This document shows positions 1 through 12,200 of a stretch of 64,000 nt of DNA, piece by piece. How positions within the stretch are numbered: the stretch's first letter is position 1; the number at the start of each line of letters is the position of its first letter. The stretch is from contig CM082580.2 of NCBI GenBank assembly GCA_040954595.2, forward strand, positions 9,340,390 to 9,404,389. The letters run 5' to 3'. Made by a program: the position numbers and the translations under genes. Source of the DNA: Balanoglossus misakiensis. Its lineage: Eukaryota > Animalia > Hemichordata. The notes under the pieces are model-generated. The model saw nothing but the letters and a program-made list of their open reading frames with translations. It searched no databases and was not told the origin of the DNA.

Positions 1-1151
1 ACGAGCCTAAAATTACCACCCTCTTGTAGGAGGATCTTCAATGCGTGGAAAGAGTAGCCAGTCTAGTCGGGCGATGCGGCAGCGTGTCTCCTCCACGCGG
101 GAGTACCCGGGGGAAACCAGGCTATGGTCGTTTTGGTCGTGGGATTTATATTGTAAAATATTCAACATTATTTACGAGATCTGCATTGGTAGAAAGTATA
201 GCAACCCTATCTCAGATTACGAGAATACCAAGTTTATTATTTTGTTTCTGGTCTCGGAGCAACCGCGATGTCGGATTGCCAATTACAAAATCTTGCCAAA
301 CGATTTACGCATGTACTTTTTCTCGTCCCTGGGTCACTGAATCGTGACCTGGGACTCACGGTTGATTTATATAACGACGTGGAATGTGGTGTAAAGTTTC
401 AATTAAAAGACGCTCTATTTTGGTTGCTTGTCATATGAAACAAGATATATGTTCATGAAAGGAGAAAAAATCACACGCATCACAGAAAATACTTGCATCT
501 ATTTTTTAGCTGTTGATGACACAATTAGATCGGATGACTATTGTATTGTTGTATGAAGTTAAATCACATTAAAACTGCATTCAAAATGTCCCGTCTAAAT
601 TATTAAATGTGACGTGCTGATAAATATGCTGTATTTGTTTGGATTAATGTATTGTTACAAAAAAAACTTGAGAAATATTCAACTTATGTCTCGTCTTGCC
701 AGGGGACCTTATGCTTGGTAACTTTCTGCATAACATCACTCCATGTCTTGTGGATTTGAAACAAAATCCACTTGAAGTGCTTGTCATAGGTAAACTTATC
801 CTCTGAAGGCTTTATCGGAATTTGTTTTTAAAATGACAACTTCAACAACTGACGGGTGTGAAAGAAGTCTAAGTATTGTCGTCGTCATGACTTCCGTCGT
901 TTGAGGTGTACTACCCAATAAAAACAAGAGCAAGTCGATAGGTTGTCGAGTGGTGTCTACTGCTCCTGCACTTGTGCAATGTAAACATTATCCCAGCACA
1001 CCTTGCAAGTACGGTTGCTTAGCGTTTTGTTGTCGACGGACTTATCGGGTGACGCGACGCATATATTTGAGGTCTATTCCCCTACCATTCAGTCAGTCAG
1101 TCTATTTAGAAGTCTATTTTTCTACCTTTCATAAACGTCGCTGTCGAAAGA

Positions 1152-3939
1152 ATGGCTGTACACTTGCTTTTCCAAATCGTGTCCGGTTTCCTGATGGTCG
1201 AAATGGTGCTGGTCCTGTTGCTTCTGGTTCCGTTTGTGAAGGCAACCACGTAGGTTTCAACATGGCTTTACTTATAATAGGCACACATTTACAGCTCAAA
1301 TATCTTTCAGGGTAAATGTGCATTTTTTGAAAACCCTCCCAGGTTTTTGAGGGGCACAGTTAGACGTGCAAGACGTACAAAAGATCACAGGGCTATATTT
1401 GCATTTCGAAAGTGAAACCGAAGGCAGGATTATACTATGGACAGAGGAAAAGTATCACCTCCTATATTGACAATGGGGACTTATATATATGCTGTATAAA
1501 CTTTCCAAAGGTTCAGTAAATTATAGGGTCCAGTCTCAGGTTGACATTTTAAGTGCCACTCGATTCGTCCATTCGAACCAGAAGACTTATTAATTTATGA
1601 ACTGATTATAATGGTGAGCATACGCAAAGCGGCGATGAAACTTTCAAAAGTGAAATTCCACTCTACAGTCGATTCTGTTTAAAATTAAGATGTAAAGAGG
1701 TCATAATTTAACGTGCATGAGCGCCCCATATATGTCAGCCAGTGTGTTCGTAGAATCGTACGTACCCTCAGAGTGTACATGGCTGTTGTTTCCTCGTATT
1801 TGTTTCGTTTTTGAAGGTCTCGTTAGCTCAGGTTTATTCAGGCTGCAACGCTGCTGCCATTGCACCAACGCTAAACAAATAACGACGTAGAGTATGTTAC
1901 CTCGGACGTGGTCTTTCTTTAGAATTATTAGGGGAAATGTCGCTATTCGTGTGTGTTGCTTTTAATGTGGGATACGTTAAACTTCAGAAACAGCATCCAG
2001 AGTTCACTGCAACAATGTTTACAGCTTCAGTGACCCGCTGACGACCTTTCGACCTTTCGTTTTTGCTTTAATACCCTGTACGACATGGTACTGGGTCCCT
2101 GCTTATAGCAAAAATACACGGATGTGAGGGCGCTTTTCCCTGTAGACTGTACGCCTCCATAACCTTAACATAGCGTCAGTTTAACCTCCTGATACTGAAT
2201 CAATACTGTGTTACTACAGGTGGAAGAGGTTGTACGAGTCTGCCCTCTGGCTTCACATCAGAGACAGCGTTAACAAAACGCTTCGCACGGAACTGAAGTA
2301 CAAGTACTTCCTCATCGCAGTCATAGCTATCGTGACTATTTCATTCCTAGGTGAGTGACTCTTTCCTCGCATCGGAATATAACTTCTCCACTACATAGAC
2401 CTAAAATAATAATTTTTCAACACAAGCCATGAAGCAAAATGGAGTCTCGGTGGAAAGCGGAACGCCGATATTAACAAATTCCTCTGGAATCATGTACGGC
2501 AGTTATGTACGCATGGGCCTAATGTACATCTCAATACATGTACATATATCCACAGATTCTGCACGTGATGTTTACAAAGTATACTTTCCTGACCAAGACA
2601 AAGAGGATATAGACAAGGCGATCAACCCGTGTGCCCATCACATCCAAGACGAGAAGTACTATCGCGAATCCAAAGTTTTCCTGATCACTGGATTCACTCT
2701 CTATCTCTCCATGTAAGTCTGCAACCATGGACAATACAGGTTTTCACGTTTATCATTCGAAGTAAACATTCCATGGTTTAGAATCTTCCTTATGCTATCA
2801 TTTCCTTCTTTTTTTTGTTCTTGAAGAGTACTCTATCTGCTACGTAGCACCATTGCGAAAAGGGCCACCCTTGAAAGTGAACTTGAAGTTGCACTGCAGT
2901 CGCAGAGTGGCAAGAAGATACAGACTTCATCTGATGACATTGAAACTTTGAGGGTACGTGAAAATAGTACTGTTTTAGACTCTACTGGTTATTACTATAG
3001 TATTTAGAATTCAGTGGATAGCGATAATTTATTTTTGATATGTATCGCCGGACGTTCTACATTATTGGCACATGGGTCAGTATGTACGCCTTTCATGTGA
3101 GTTTTCAGTTGTAGGCTGTACGTAAATGCAGGATAGCTTTCTGCAGAAATCCAAACATGCGTTTGAAGAACTGAATACCTTCAGTTGTTTGTTATGATTA
3201 GGGGATTAATGGTGTAAAAGTTAATTATCTAAAATTGTCGATTTATTGACAGAAGAGCAACGTCGAAGTGACGGTGGAATTGAAAGAAACCAAAGAAGGT
3301 AAGTGTCAGTATTTCAAAACTTAAGTTGTGATTTTCCTCTACGGACGTTCTTCTTAGAAAAATCTTTTCTTTTCTCTGTTGACTCTATTTCCAAGTGTGT
3401 ACCCCGTGGACAGATTTCGAGGATCCTAGACCAGCCTGTTACTTACATTTGCCGGCTTTTGTCTTTGTTTTAATATTGGCAGCATTGTTGAAGGCGCAAA
3501 CGGATCTGGCCGACATGAAGGAAAAATATCAGAACATGAACACTGAGTATGACGCCTTGTTGGAAAAGTATGACATGCAGGTATTGGTTCATTAAATCTT
3601 TAGCCATCTGACGATTCTTTTCATCAGTTTCCGTCGTTTACGATTTGTCATATAGAGCTTTCACTTTTAAATCTGTGAAACTCTCGCAACACAAACCAAG
3701 TTTGTAAAAAAACTCTGACGAGTACGACGAGCTGTAGGCCCTAATTGCTTGTGGAACGACTATTTTTTGTATCACACTCGCTCATTTGTCGGAGTTGCTC
3801 TCATAGCACTGCATTACCTATAGTGACATATGTGTACTTCTGTTGATGAAGTGCGAATTTGTGTGCTAAGCATTTCAGTTTGATTTTTCCCTTTAAGGAG
3901 AAAAAGGAAGTAGTCGAAGAGTCCAAGAAAGATCTGTAA
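1152..3939 (+). CDS. BAP29/BAP31 (B-cell receptor-associated protein 31)-like ER membrane protein, divergent, 7 exons, about 232 aa
   Basis: Exons 1152-1249, 2220-2350, 2556-2712, 2827-2953, 3253-3298, 3483-3580 and 3898-3939 are all GT-AG and phase-consistent (699 nt). The protein MAVHLLFQIVSGFLMVEMVLVLLLLVPFVKATTWKRLYES...ISFLDSARDVYK...YRESKVFLITGFTLYLS...AQTDLADMKEKYQNMNTEYDALLEKY...SKKDL has three N-terminal TM segments, a C-terminal coiled coil and a KKxx ER-retrieval signal, matching BAP31 architecture. Confidence 0.85.
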
Positions 3940-4484
3940 AATCGGAGGGCGAGTTGAATCCTGTGTGATGCGTCGCGAAGTATCTCTCTGAAAGAACCAG
4001 ATGTACTCAGCTATACAGAATGCAGCCTATAGTGAACCATAGACCATGTATGAACTTGGTTCTTGTTTCGTCAAAAGTTGTTTTCTGGGAAGTGTGTTAA
4101 TTTTGGCGCTACAGTGATAGGTTTAGGCTTCATGATGTTTGCTTGAAAAGTATAATTGTTGCCGTTAAAATTTTAAACACTTGTTTTGGGAATTTTAAAT
4201 AAGTACCTAACCAAACCTCACTAGCTATACCACCTTAAGAATAATTAAAGTTTTTTTTTCAACAATTGTACTTTTGGATTTTAGAATTCCTGCCATGGAC
4301 TTGACTTAAAATGAAATCTCAATTCAGAGTTTTTGTAGCCCGACAATTTTTAGACGCAGTGACATTGGACGGTTCTCGGACGTCACCAGGTGCTGAATAC
4401 GAATAATTCCTTTGTCTTCAAAATCGGTTGTATCTTCACGACGGACTAGATTTTTTTTTACAATTCTAACGCCGCATATAGGTC

Positions 4485-6423
4485 CTATAGTGAAAATTTT
4501 CTGTCTGTGGGCGAACTCTGTCTATACGAGCCCGACGGCCCCATCCTGAACTCTTCGGACCCTGTCGACGAGGCAATACTTCTCCTCGAATGGTGGTAGT
4601 GTCTGTTAAGCTCCATGTACTTTGACATGCTCATGCCGCGGAGGAGGCTGATCATCCCTCGGAGTGTGAACTCCACGCTCCGGAGTGCCGTGTACGACTC
4701 CGTCAGGAAGTTCCCCAGCGTCCTGGTCACTTGGCGAAGCCTGCGCGGTCCGCCAGTTTCCCAGACGGGGACGGTGAACGTGGCCCTGACGGCGGTCTCG
4801 AAGACGCGCCGAACACCCTGCCGCTCGAACGCCGAACATTCCAGGTACCCGGAGGCGCCGCATTTTTGGGCAACCTTTGTGGCCACGGCTGAACTGACCG
4901 GCTTGTCGCACGTGTTGTCCTGCGACGACGGCGAAATCAACTTGTCCAGCTGCGTCCCGACCAATATAAACGGCGCGCCGTGGCCGGACTTCTTCATTTT
5001 CTTGATTTCGGGTATCCAGATATCCTTGGCTATCTGCAGTGACTGCGATGACGTCAGGGCAAAACAGACGACGAAAACATCGGCGCCGCCGTACGACAGA
5101 GGGCGAAGTCGACCGAACTCTTCCTAGATCGGTAAAGAAATTACATATCATCGCACTTACAAAATAATGAGAAAAAAATTAGGTTGCAAACAGCAGTTGA
5201 AAATGGTATCGCAAACCATCATATTTCGGTTTTCTGATTTCAAGAAAAGACCTACCTCACCCGTTGTGTCCCATAAATTGAGAGAATATGTCTCTCCGTC
5301 TAATTTCATTTCGACTGCAAAGAAGATAAAAATGCTATTAGACTTTGAGTCACCCATTAGTAAGTGAAATAAATCAGAGAATAATATTTTGATTCTTTGA
5401 TCCTTGTTATGGAAAGACCGCTTGGCTTTTCAGTTTCCATGCGATACCAAAATTGCACTACGTGTAATCTTAGACATACGTGTGACACTTGTCTGAGTAT
5501 AAATGTAGGCCGGATCACATATCACATTATATGTTTAATGGACTGGTCCTCATCTGTCATTAGACTCTCTGCGTTGCTATGGTTACACGGGAATTTGAAT
5601 TTAGTAGACAGTTCAATCTGTGGGCGTATGCCGAGAGAGAGCCTTGTTTGTACGAAATGCATAGAAAACGTCAAAAAGACAACACAGTATATGCAGGCTG
5701 GCCAGCTCTTTCAAATCGTATGTTTCTGATCATGGTAGAGATTCTTGACTTCGCCTGTATTACTTAACGACATGTGACAGGCATCGACCACACAACCCAC
5801 ACGCTGATTTTATAACGCTTGAAGAATCAAAGCTGGCAGGCAGATGGGTACATAAGAGCGGTAAGGTCTACTGAGCATTATTTATTTGACAAATAAACAG
5901 GTTGAATATCTCGCATAGTGGGGAAAATAAAAAAAAAACTTGTTCTCTGACTCTCTCTCTCTGACTCTCTTGCCCCCCTCTTGCCCCTCTCTTCTCCCCC
6001 CTCTCTGACTCTCCGCAGTACATAGTTACATGTAATACTAATCCGACAAGCATTTGACAAGTTTTGGTATGGCATTGTGCAAACACTGGGTTTAGCTGAT
6101 AGATCCTGAATGACCTTTCAATACTTGTACATAATTTCGTCACTCGGGAGACAAGTTTAGATCCCAATCTGCGTTTTATTTTCGCTCTGTCAGACACAAT
6201 ATGGTCTGACAAGGCCAAGAAACGGATTCTAGACTGTGTAACGATAGGAACACAGATACCTGCAGTACATAGACCGTAATTCCTCACCTGCCGTGTATTC
6301 GAAGACGGTGGGTATGTACTTAGGCGGCCACTCTTTTCCCTCCATCATTGTTGCAAAGCTGTGGAGAAGTAGAGTCTTTTCTGCGTCGGGATCCCCAACC
6401 ACCACACACTTGATTATCTTCAT
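4485..6423 (-). CDS. Atypical Rho-family small GTPase (Cdc42/Rac-like), 3 exons, about 277 aa
   Basis: Exons 6423-6288, 5314-5256 and 5123-4485 (834 nt, phase-consistent). Rho motifs: IKCVVVGD, YIPTVF, LWDTTGEEEFGRLRPLSY, ADVFVVCF, WIPEI, FILVGTQLD, YLECSA, GVRRVFETAV. The P-loop reads GDPDAEKT, the C-terminus is extended and there is no CAAX. Confidence 0.9.
5945..6012. repeat. CT-rich low-complexity / (CT)n tract in Rho intron 1
   Basis: ctctgactctctctctctgactctcttgccccc... Confidence 0.7.
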
Positions 6424-6499
6424 AGCTGGTTTCCACGGTGACAGCTACAGAACTAAAGGCTGTACGTACCGGGGGAGCTGGAACTGTGAACTGCGGGCG

Positions 6500-6510
6500 C
6501 TTTTATATAG
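6500..6510 (-). promoter_or_regulatory. TATA box of the Rho GTPase gene
   Basis: CTATATAAAAG on the minus strand, about 80 bp upstream of the ATG at 6423, in a GC-richer promoter context. Confidence 0.55.
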
Positions 6511-9279
6511 AAGATTCAATGTGACCCAGTTAACTGTTGTCCCCGCTGGTCGTTCCTTCGATCACAAAACAGTCAGTGTGTGTTGTGCCTGTTTCAGTCA
6601 CTCCCCGGGAGGTCACTGAGACATAGCCTTGAAGCCAAGTCACAAACACAGTCGTAGTCCCCGGCGAGTTTTGAATGTAGAGTCGGTGGAGAGCGTTTCA
6701 ATCGCCATATTTCATTCGCCTTCAGGTGTTTTACTGCAGTGACGCGTAATGAGTCCCGGACTTCGCACTGCGCCGGCCAACAGGCGCACCTTCAGTGAAT
6801 GTATACGATTTTCGAACAGTTTCTTCCTGGTGTTTTGTGCCCAATAGCCCGCCCTCATACGGCGTGCGCTAAATATACTTCACCTCTGGAAAAGTCATTA
6901 CCCGAACTGACAAATGGTAAACTGTCGGTACGTTCGCTTGCTCAATAAACTACCAGTGAAGTGAAATATCTTGTCTACTTTTTTATGTTGGTGTAGAATA
7001 TATGAAAACGCGAGCACAATGTTTGATGTGGTCACCGGCGAGGCTTTCTGAACCATTAGACCTACCCCAGTATGCCTTGCATAGCGGACGGACATGCACA
7101 TTAACTCCTTCCATTGAACTTTTCGGAGTACGAATGTATCATATGAATTGGCCAGTTTTGCTGTGATAGATCGGAATGCGGCGTTCGGTCTTTTACACTA
7201 TTTTTTTCCAGTAAATTTGGCACTTGGCGAGACTTTCACCGGCGCCATGTATCATGCATGGTATGTAGGCATACCATCTGACTACTACCAATGAAGAAAC
7301 AATTTTCGGAATTGGCCAAAAACGATGGAAGTATTCATGTGCTTGACAACTGGTCACTCTCGTTCTAGTTGAACACAGCGCTGCATGCGCGGACTTTCCA
7401 AACAGCTTGTTATAAAACTAGCTTTTCTGTGTCCGGTGTGTCTGTGAATGACACGGCTGAACAGCACGGGAGTTTTTCACAGGTGGCTACCGCGAACAAT
7501 CAAGTCTTTGCTTTTGTATACCGTTTGGTATCGCACGTTTAGTTCTCGATAGTTTGAAAATAAAGAAAGTTGACCAATAAAGGGTAGCGCATGTAAATAT
7601 TCGCCTCAACAATGCATAACAAGCTACATTATACTGCTTATACAGGTAAACGCCATTGATCGCCATTGAAAACCTCGATTTGATCGAAACTATTCTCAGA
7701 TAGGGGTGGAGGCGAGAGAAGTCTCTCAAGATAACTCTAAAAATTACCGACCTCGCAAATGTTTTTATACGCTTTTGCTCTTGAACAACTTTTTACCGGC
7801 TTGTGAGACAACACTGTCAACCTGAGCGGTTTATTTGGTAACGCGGGGGTTCATACACGTGAATTGCGCCGCCTGAAGTTGTAATGGTACGGTCCGTCAC
7901 CACAGAAACCGCGACGCCAACAGACCGGTGACTTAAACAATACTTGGCATTCGGGGTGTACAACACTTAATGATCTTTCGCGGGGGACTGCAAGCGAGCG
8001 AACAGCGGCGAGCCGAGGAACAACGAGATCCTTGGCGAAGGTGTTTGGAGGTAAGAACCAACTACTTCCTCAGTTTCAGGATAATTTTCGGACGAACGCC
8101 CGACCCAGATTCTTGGGTCAATTAGCTTATTCCGGGCTTTGTGTGCTACCCTGTCTGGCGTGTCACGGTGCGATGCGGGCCACAATTGCGTGTCTTTCAA
8201 TTGCTGGTCGAAGTCGAAGGTTATATTGTGTCGCTTGAGACCAATGGCGGAGGTAACCCAGCCGAGTATGTGACTACTTCGCACGAATATATCACGTCTC
8301 CTTTCCAAGTTTTGGTTTTAGTATCTCAAACAAAAGAGTTAATTGCTGCCGTTTGAAGTAAACCCAAACGCAAACAAAATTGTTTAGAATCCGGGTTCGG
8401 GAGGAACGCTGTATTTGTTTACCGATATGAACGGCAACAGGTAACTGGTTCGGCAAGCTATTTTGATTCAATATTAAACAAGAGGTGTTTGTATGGTACA
8501 CAATTCGTTACTCCACCTTGTACATGAAATCTCGAGCGCACATCTGGTATGAGACTCGCAGAAGGTAGACTCGTCAAAACTGGTACATTGACGTCGCTGT
8601 ATTGCTGGTGTACACGGGTAAGGAACTGGAGTCATCGTGTAGTCCAGCCTCCACTGCACAAAACAGCCTGTTCGCCATTCAATGGTTCGAGAGGTCGTTT
8701 TTTTTGCTTCGGTCACCTAGCAGGTTGACATCTGTCGAGAACAAACAGCGGCTTGACTGCTATTTACCCGCATTACACACCGGTGATTGTGGCCTGTTAA
8801 ATATGCATGTTGTACAAGCATGTTATAGCGGAGCGGTGTGCCACTGTACACCTGCTGGGTCTGACCAGTGAGACACACTGACTGAAGTAAGGTTTTGAAC
8901 GTGTTTGTATGTGTGGTCGTCTGCCAAGTACTCATAATAAACTCGAGCTCGTTTTGTGCATGAAGGCCACTGCAATTTCTCGTGGCACAGAGGAGGTGCC
9001 ACTATGCGTGCACACACACATACATACATACACACATGTGTACAAAAATGACAGCTCCAATGTGTTCTGGTCTTTTTACAGATCCCATCGCTGTTATAAA
9101 ATCGCAAAGGTAGACAGACGCAAAACAAACCGAGGAACTCCTTGACAAGCACCCGCGGGCACAATGATTATCTGGTGATAGCATTGAGTACGATAGGTGT
9201 CTATCAGGGTAGGACTATTCAGAACAACTTGGGTTGGACTCCGTCTCGAGATTGTGAAGGGTGAAGCCCGAGAATTGTC

Positions 9280-12200
9280 ATGGGGGAGGTGGAACCAGAA
9301 GAAACCAATCCCGCACTACCAGCCGTTGAGTCTCGGCGATCTTCGGCCAGGAGCAGCCGAAGCCGCGACTCTCGCGGGTCCAGCCACAGGAGCAGCTACA
9401 GCTACACCATCAAACCGTTCGGATTCAACAAGAAGACGAATTTCAGCGCCACGGACACTCTGATCACGAGGCGCAGCGACAGCTACACCCTCCGGAAACC
9501 CGCCCCGGACGACGATATATGGAAGCGACCGCCGCCAGATTTCCGACCGCAGGTGTGGGCCCCCAAACCCCCGAAACGGAACGCACCGGAGAGCATGATG
9601 CCCTGGAAGTACGGGACATTCCCCGGTGACTACAAGAAAAGACTCACCAAACCCAAGCCTCAGGTGCTGCCGTTTCTACTCCAAGAGCCTCGGCCCGACA
9701 GCCCCGAATTCCTGACTAGGTTCAGAATACCTGATCCATATGAAGCAAAACTTATGTTTGTCAAAAGTGGGGTTTATCCAAAAGGACAATATTCAATGCC
9801 AAAACCACATGATTTCAGAGGGGTAAGTATCTGCATTTTCGTCACCAAAACCTATAATGGTACAAATCAAGACGATAGAAGCGAGGCTCATAGCATTTAG
9901 TTCTATCCAAGCAAACCATTAAAAAGTGCAAATAGACTTTGTTCAAGCAAACACCCATTATTACAAAAAATATATTTCAACAAAGCAGCCGTAAATTCAG
10001 TCGTACGTGAGTTGCATGGCCCTGAAACCCGGTTCTCACAGCAGAAGAACAGCGCATTCGGACGAAGCGTGGTACATTACCATGACAACGGCATCCGCCT
10101 GCTCCATTATTGATGGCCATTATTTCATTATTCATACTTAATTTTAAAATGTATCGAGAGTCTTCACGTCTTGCACAAAGGCAAAATTTTCAGGAACGAA
10201 TTATTGAAAGACGCCCTATCATTTACAACCGTCGTTGATTTCTGTACAATGTCGATTACTAGTAAATGAGAGTACGGGGAAATAATTTTCGGGCCTTTTT
10301 AAGAGCATAGACCTAATGGCCAATAACTGTTGTAGTACATGTACTTCCACAGCTCTGCGATCCTCAACATATATATTAGATGTGTTATTCACACAGCTTA
10401 TATTTTTGCATGTCAGCCGAATCGTATAAAATAAGGTTGAAACATCGGTTCTTTTTCGATTTTGATTATGAGTCGCAATAGACTCTTTGTAGTCGCTGGG
10501 CGCCATGTTGCTTGTTGCCTTTTTATTGAAATTTCCTTTCGCTTGTTTAAAGACATTTAGTTTCCGCAAGTGGCAGGTGACAAACTGCAATATTGTGAGC
10601 TAAACCCGACTTTGATCTATACCGAGCATGCTGTGTTACTCTTGCCATTAAATCCCAGCTTCAACAACCAGTGGAACTTCAGGCCTGGTGTTTCGGCTAA
10701 ATATTGAATTTACACTCACTTCAAGTGCAGACGACCCTCCAACATACTACGAATGCAAACAATATCGATTTTGCCCATAAATGGCGGCGTTTTTACTGCT
10801 TTAAATACATCGCACGCATCAGGGCGACGGGAGCGGAATTTCACTTCCGTTTCGGGTAAAGATTGAAAAATATCCGATTTGCCGTTTGGACGTGTAACGG
10901 AAGCTTTGTAAACAGCCATATGAAAGTGATGGAATAATCCAATTACTACGACGGCTTGATGTCAAAATGAAGTATATGCATTGTGTAGAATTAAATTAAA
11001 GCTTGGCGCAACAGGATAACTCGGGATTATTGTGACAAACAGATATTGTCCGTTGCCATGGTGTAACCCTGACGTTGTACACATGCGCGTTATACTTGAC
11101 ATGGAAAAAATCTAGAAGTACATTTTATGTTAGATATTGGCTTCTAAAATTAATGTTTTAAATTAGTGTATGCTGTTTCTGTCAGAACGTGACTACTCCC
11201 ATGTCAACACAGAGGCTAAGAGAGCGCGGGCAAAGTTTTCCTCTTAATAAAGTCCAGATGTGACGTGTTCGGGTTAATTTATGGAGTGTTTGCGTCTGGC
11301 GATACAATGTATTTACAAATAGCTCAGTGTGCCGAATTCAAAAACAGCGGCTGCCAAGAAACTGCAAAGAGAGTATCACGCCCTAGAGCCAAAATTATGC
11401 AATGACAAATTGCAAAAGTCCCGGGATATTCGGGAACGCGCGCCCAGACGATCTAGTCAGGGGTCAATCGGATTGAATCCAATTTAAATCACTCCACTCC
11501 ACAAGTACGCAGTTTGAATATTTAGATCATAGGGAACAGATGAATAGGGTATACCATGATATATATTTGTTAAGTAAGGCCCTGATCATTGAAACGAGTC
11601 CATAGTCCCGATATCACTTTAAATAAATAAATAAACAAATAAATAAATAAATATTAATTTTAAAAATTAAGATGGCCGACAAAGCCACCACAGTAATGTT
11701 ACAATATGCATTACATTATTGACGCCATCATCAATATATGACGTGTTTGCCACCAATAAAATTCACACATAGATATTAATAAAAATCATTTTTTGTTTGC
11801 TTGCAGTATCCACCGATATCGTCGTTAGGTTTGCCAGAATTTGAAGTCTTCGACGAACACGATCCGTACAACTTGAAGTTCAAATCAGATCGTCTAGATA
11901 TAAGTAAGTGTATATGTATTAATTTGCATTTCAGCCAAGGATTCCATGAAACATTTTTACCATCATGTTATCACACCACTGAGCAATTGTTGATTGTAGC
12001 AAGACAAAAATGTTGTGCGGCATACAGGTATCACCGTTTCAAAAAAGAGATTTTGAATTTTAAACATGTGTAAACTATCTGGGCATATAAACAACTGACA
12101 AGCAAAGACCCAGCGTCTCCGACAGGTCAGGTGCGGGTAAATTCTGCCGACTGCTAATGGTTTGTTACTGTCCATGTTTAGGGTTTCAGACAACTCAGTA

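Noticed and set aside
4606-5151. ORFs 4606-5151 (-) and 4615-5127 (+), 170-181 aa
   Set aside because: Shadow frames of the GC-rich Rho exon 3.
5256-5261. Alternative donor G|GTGAGG in Rho exon 2, at the usual DTAG intron position
   Set aside because: It would frameshift into exon 3. The GAG|GTAGGT donor restores an exact alignment to DTAGQEDYDRLRPLSY, so Q61E is not a splice artefact.
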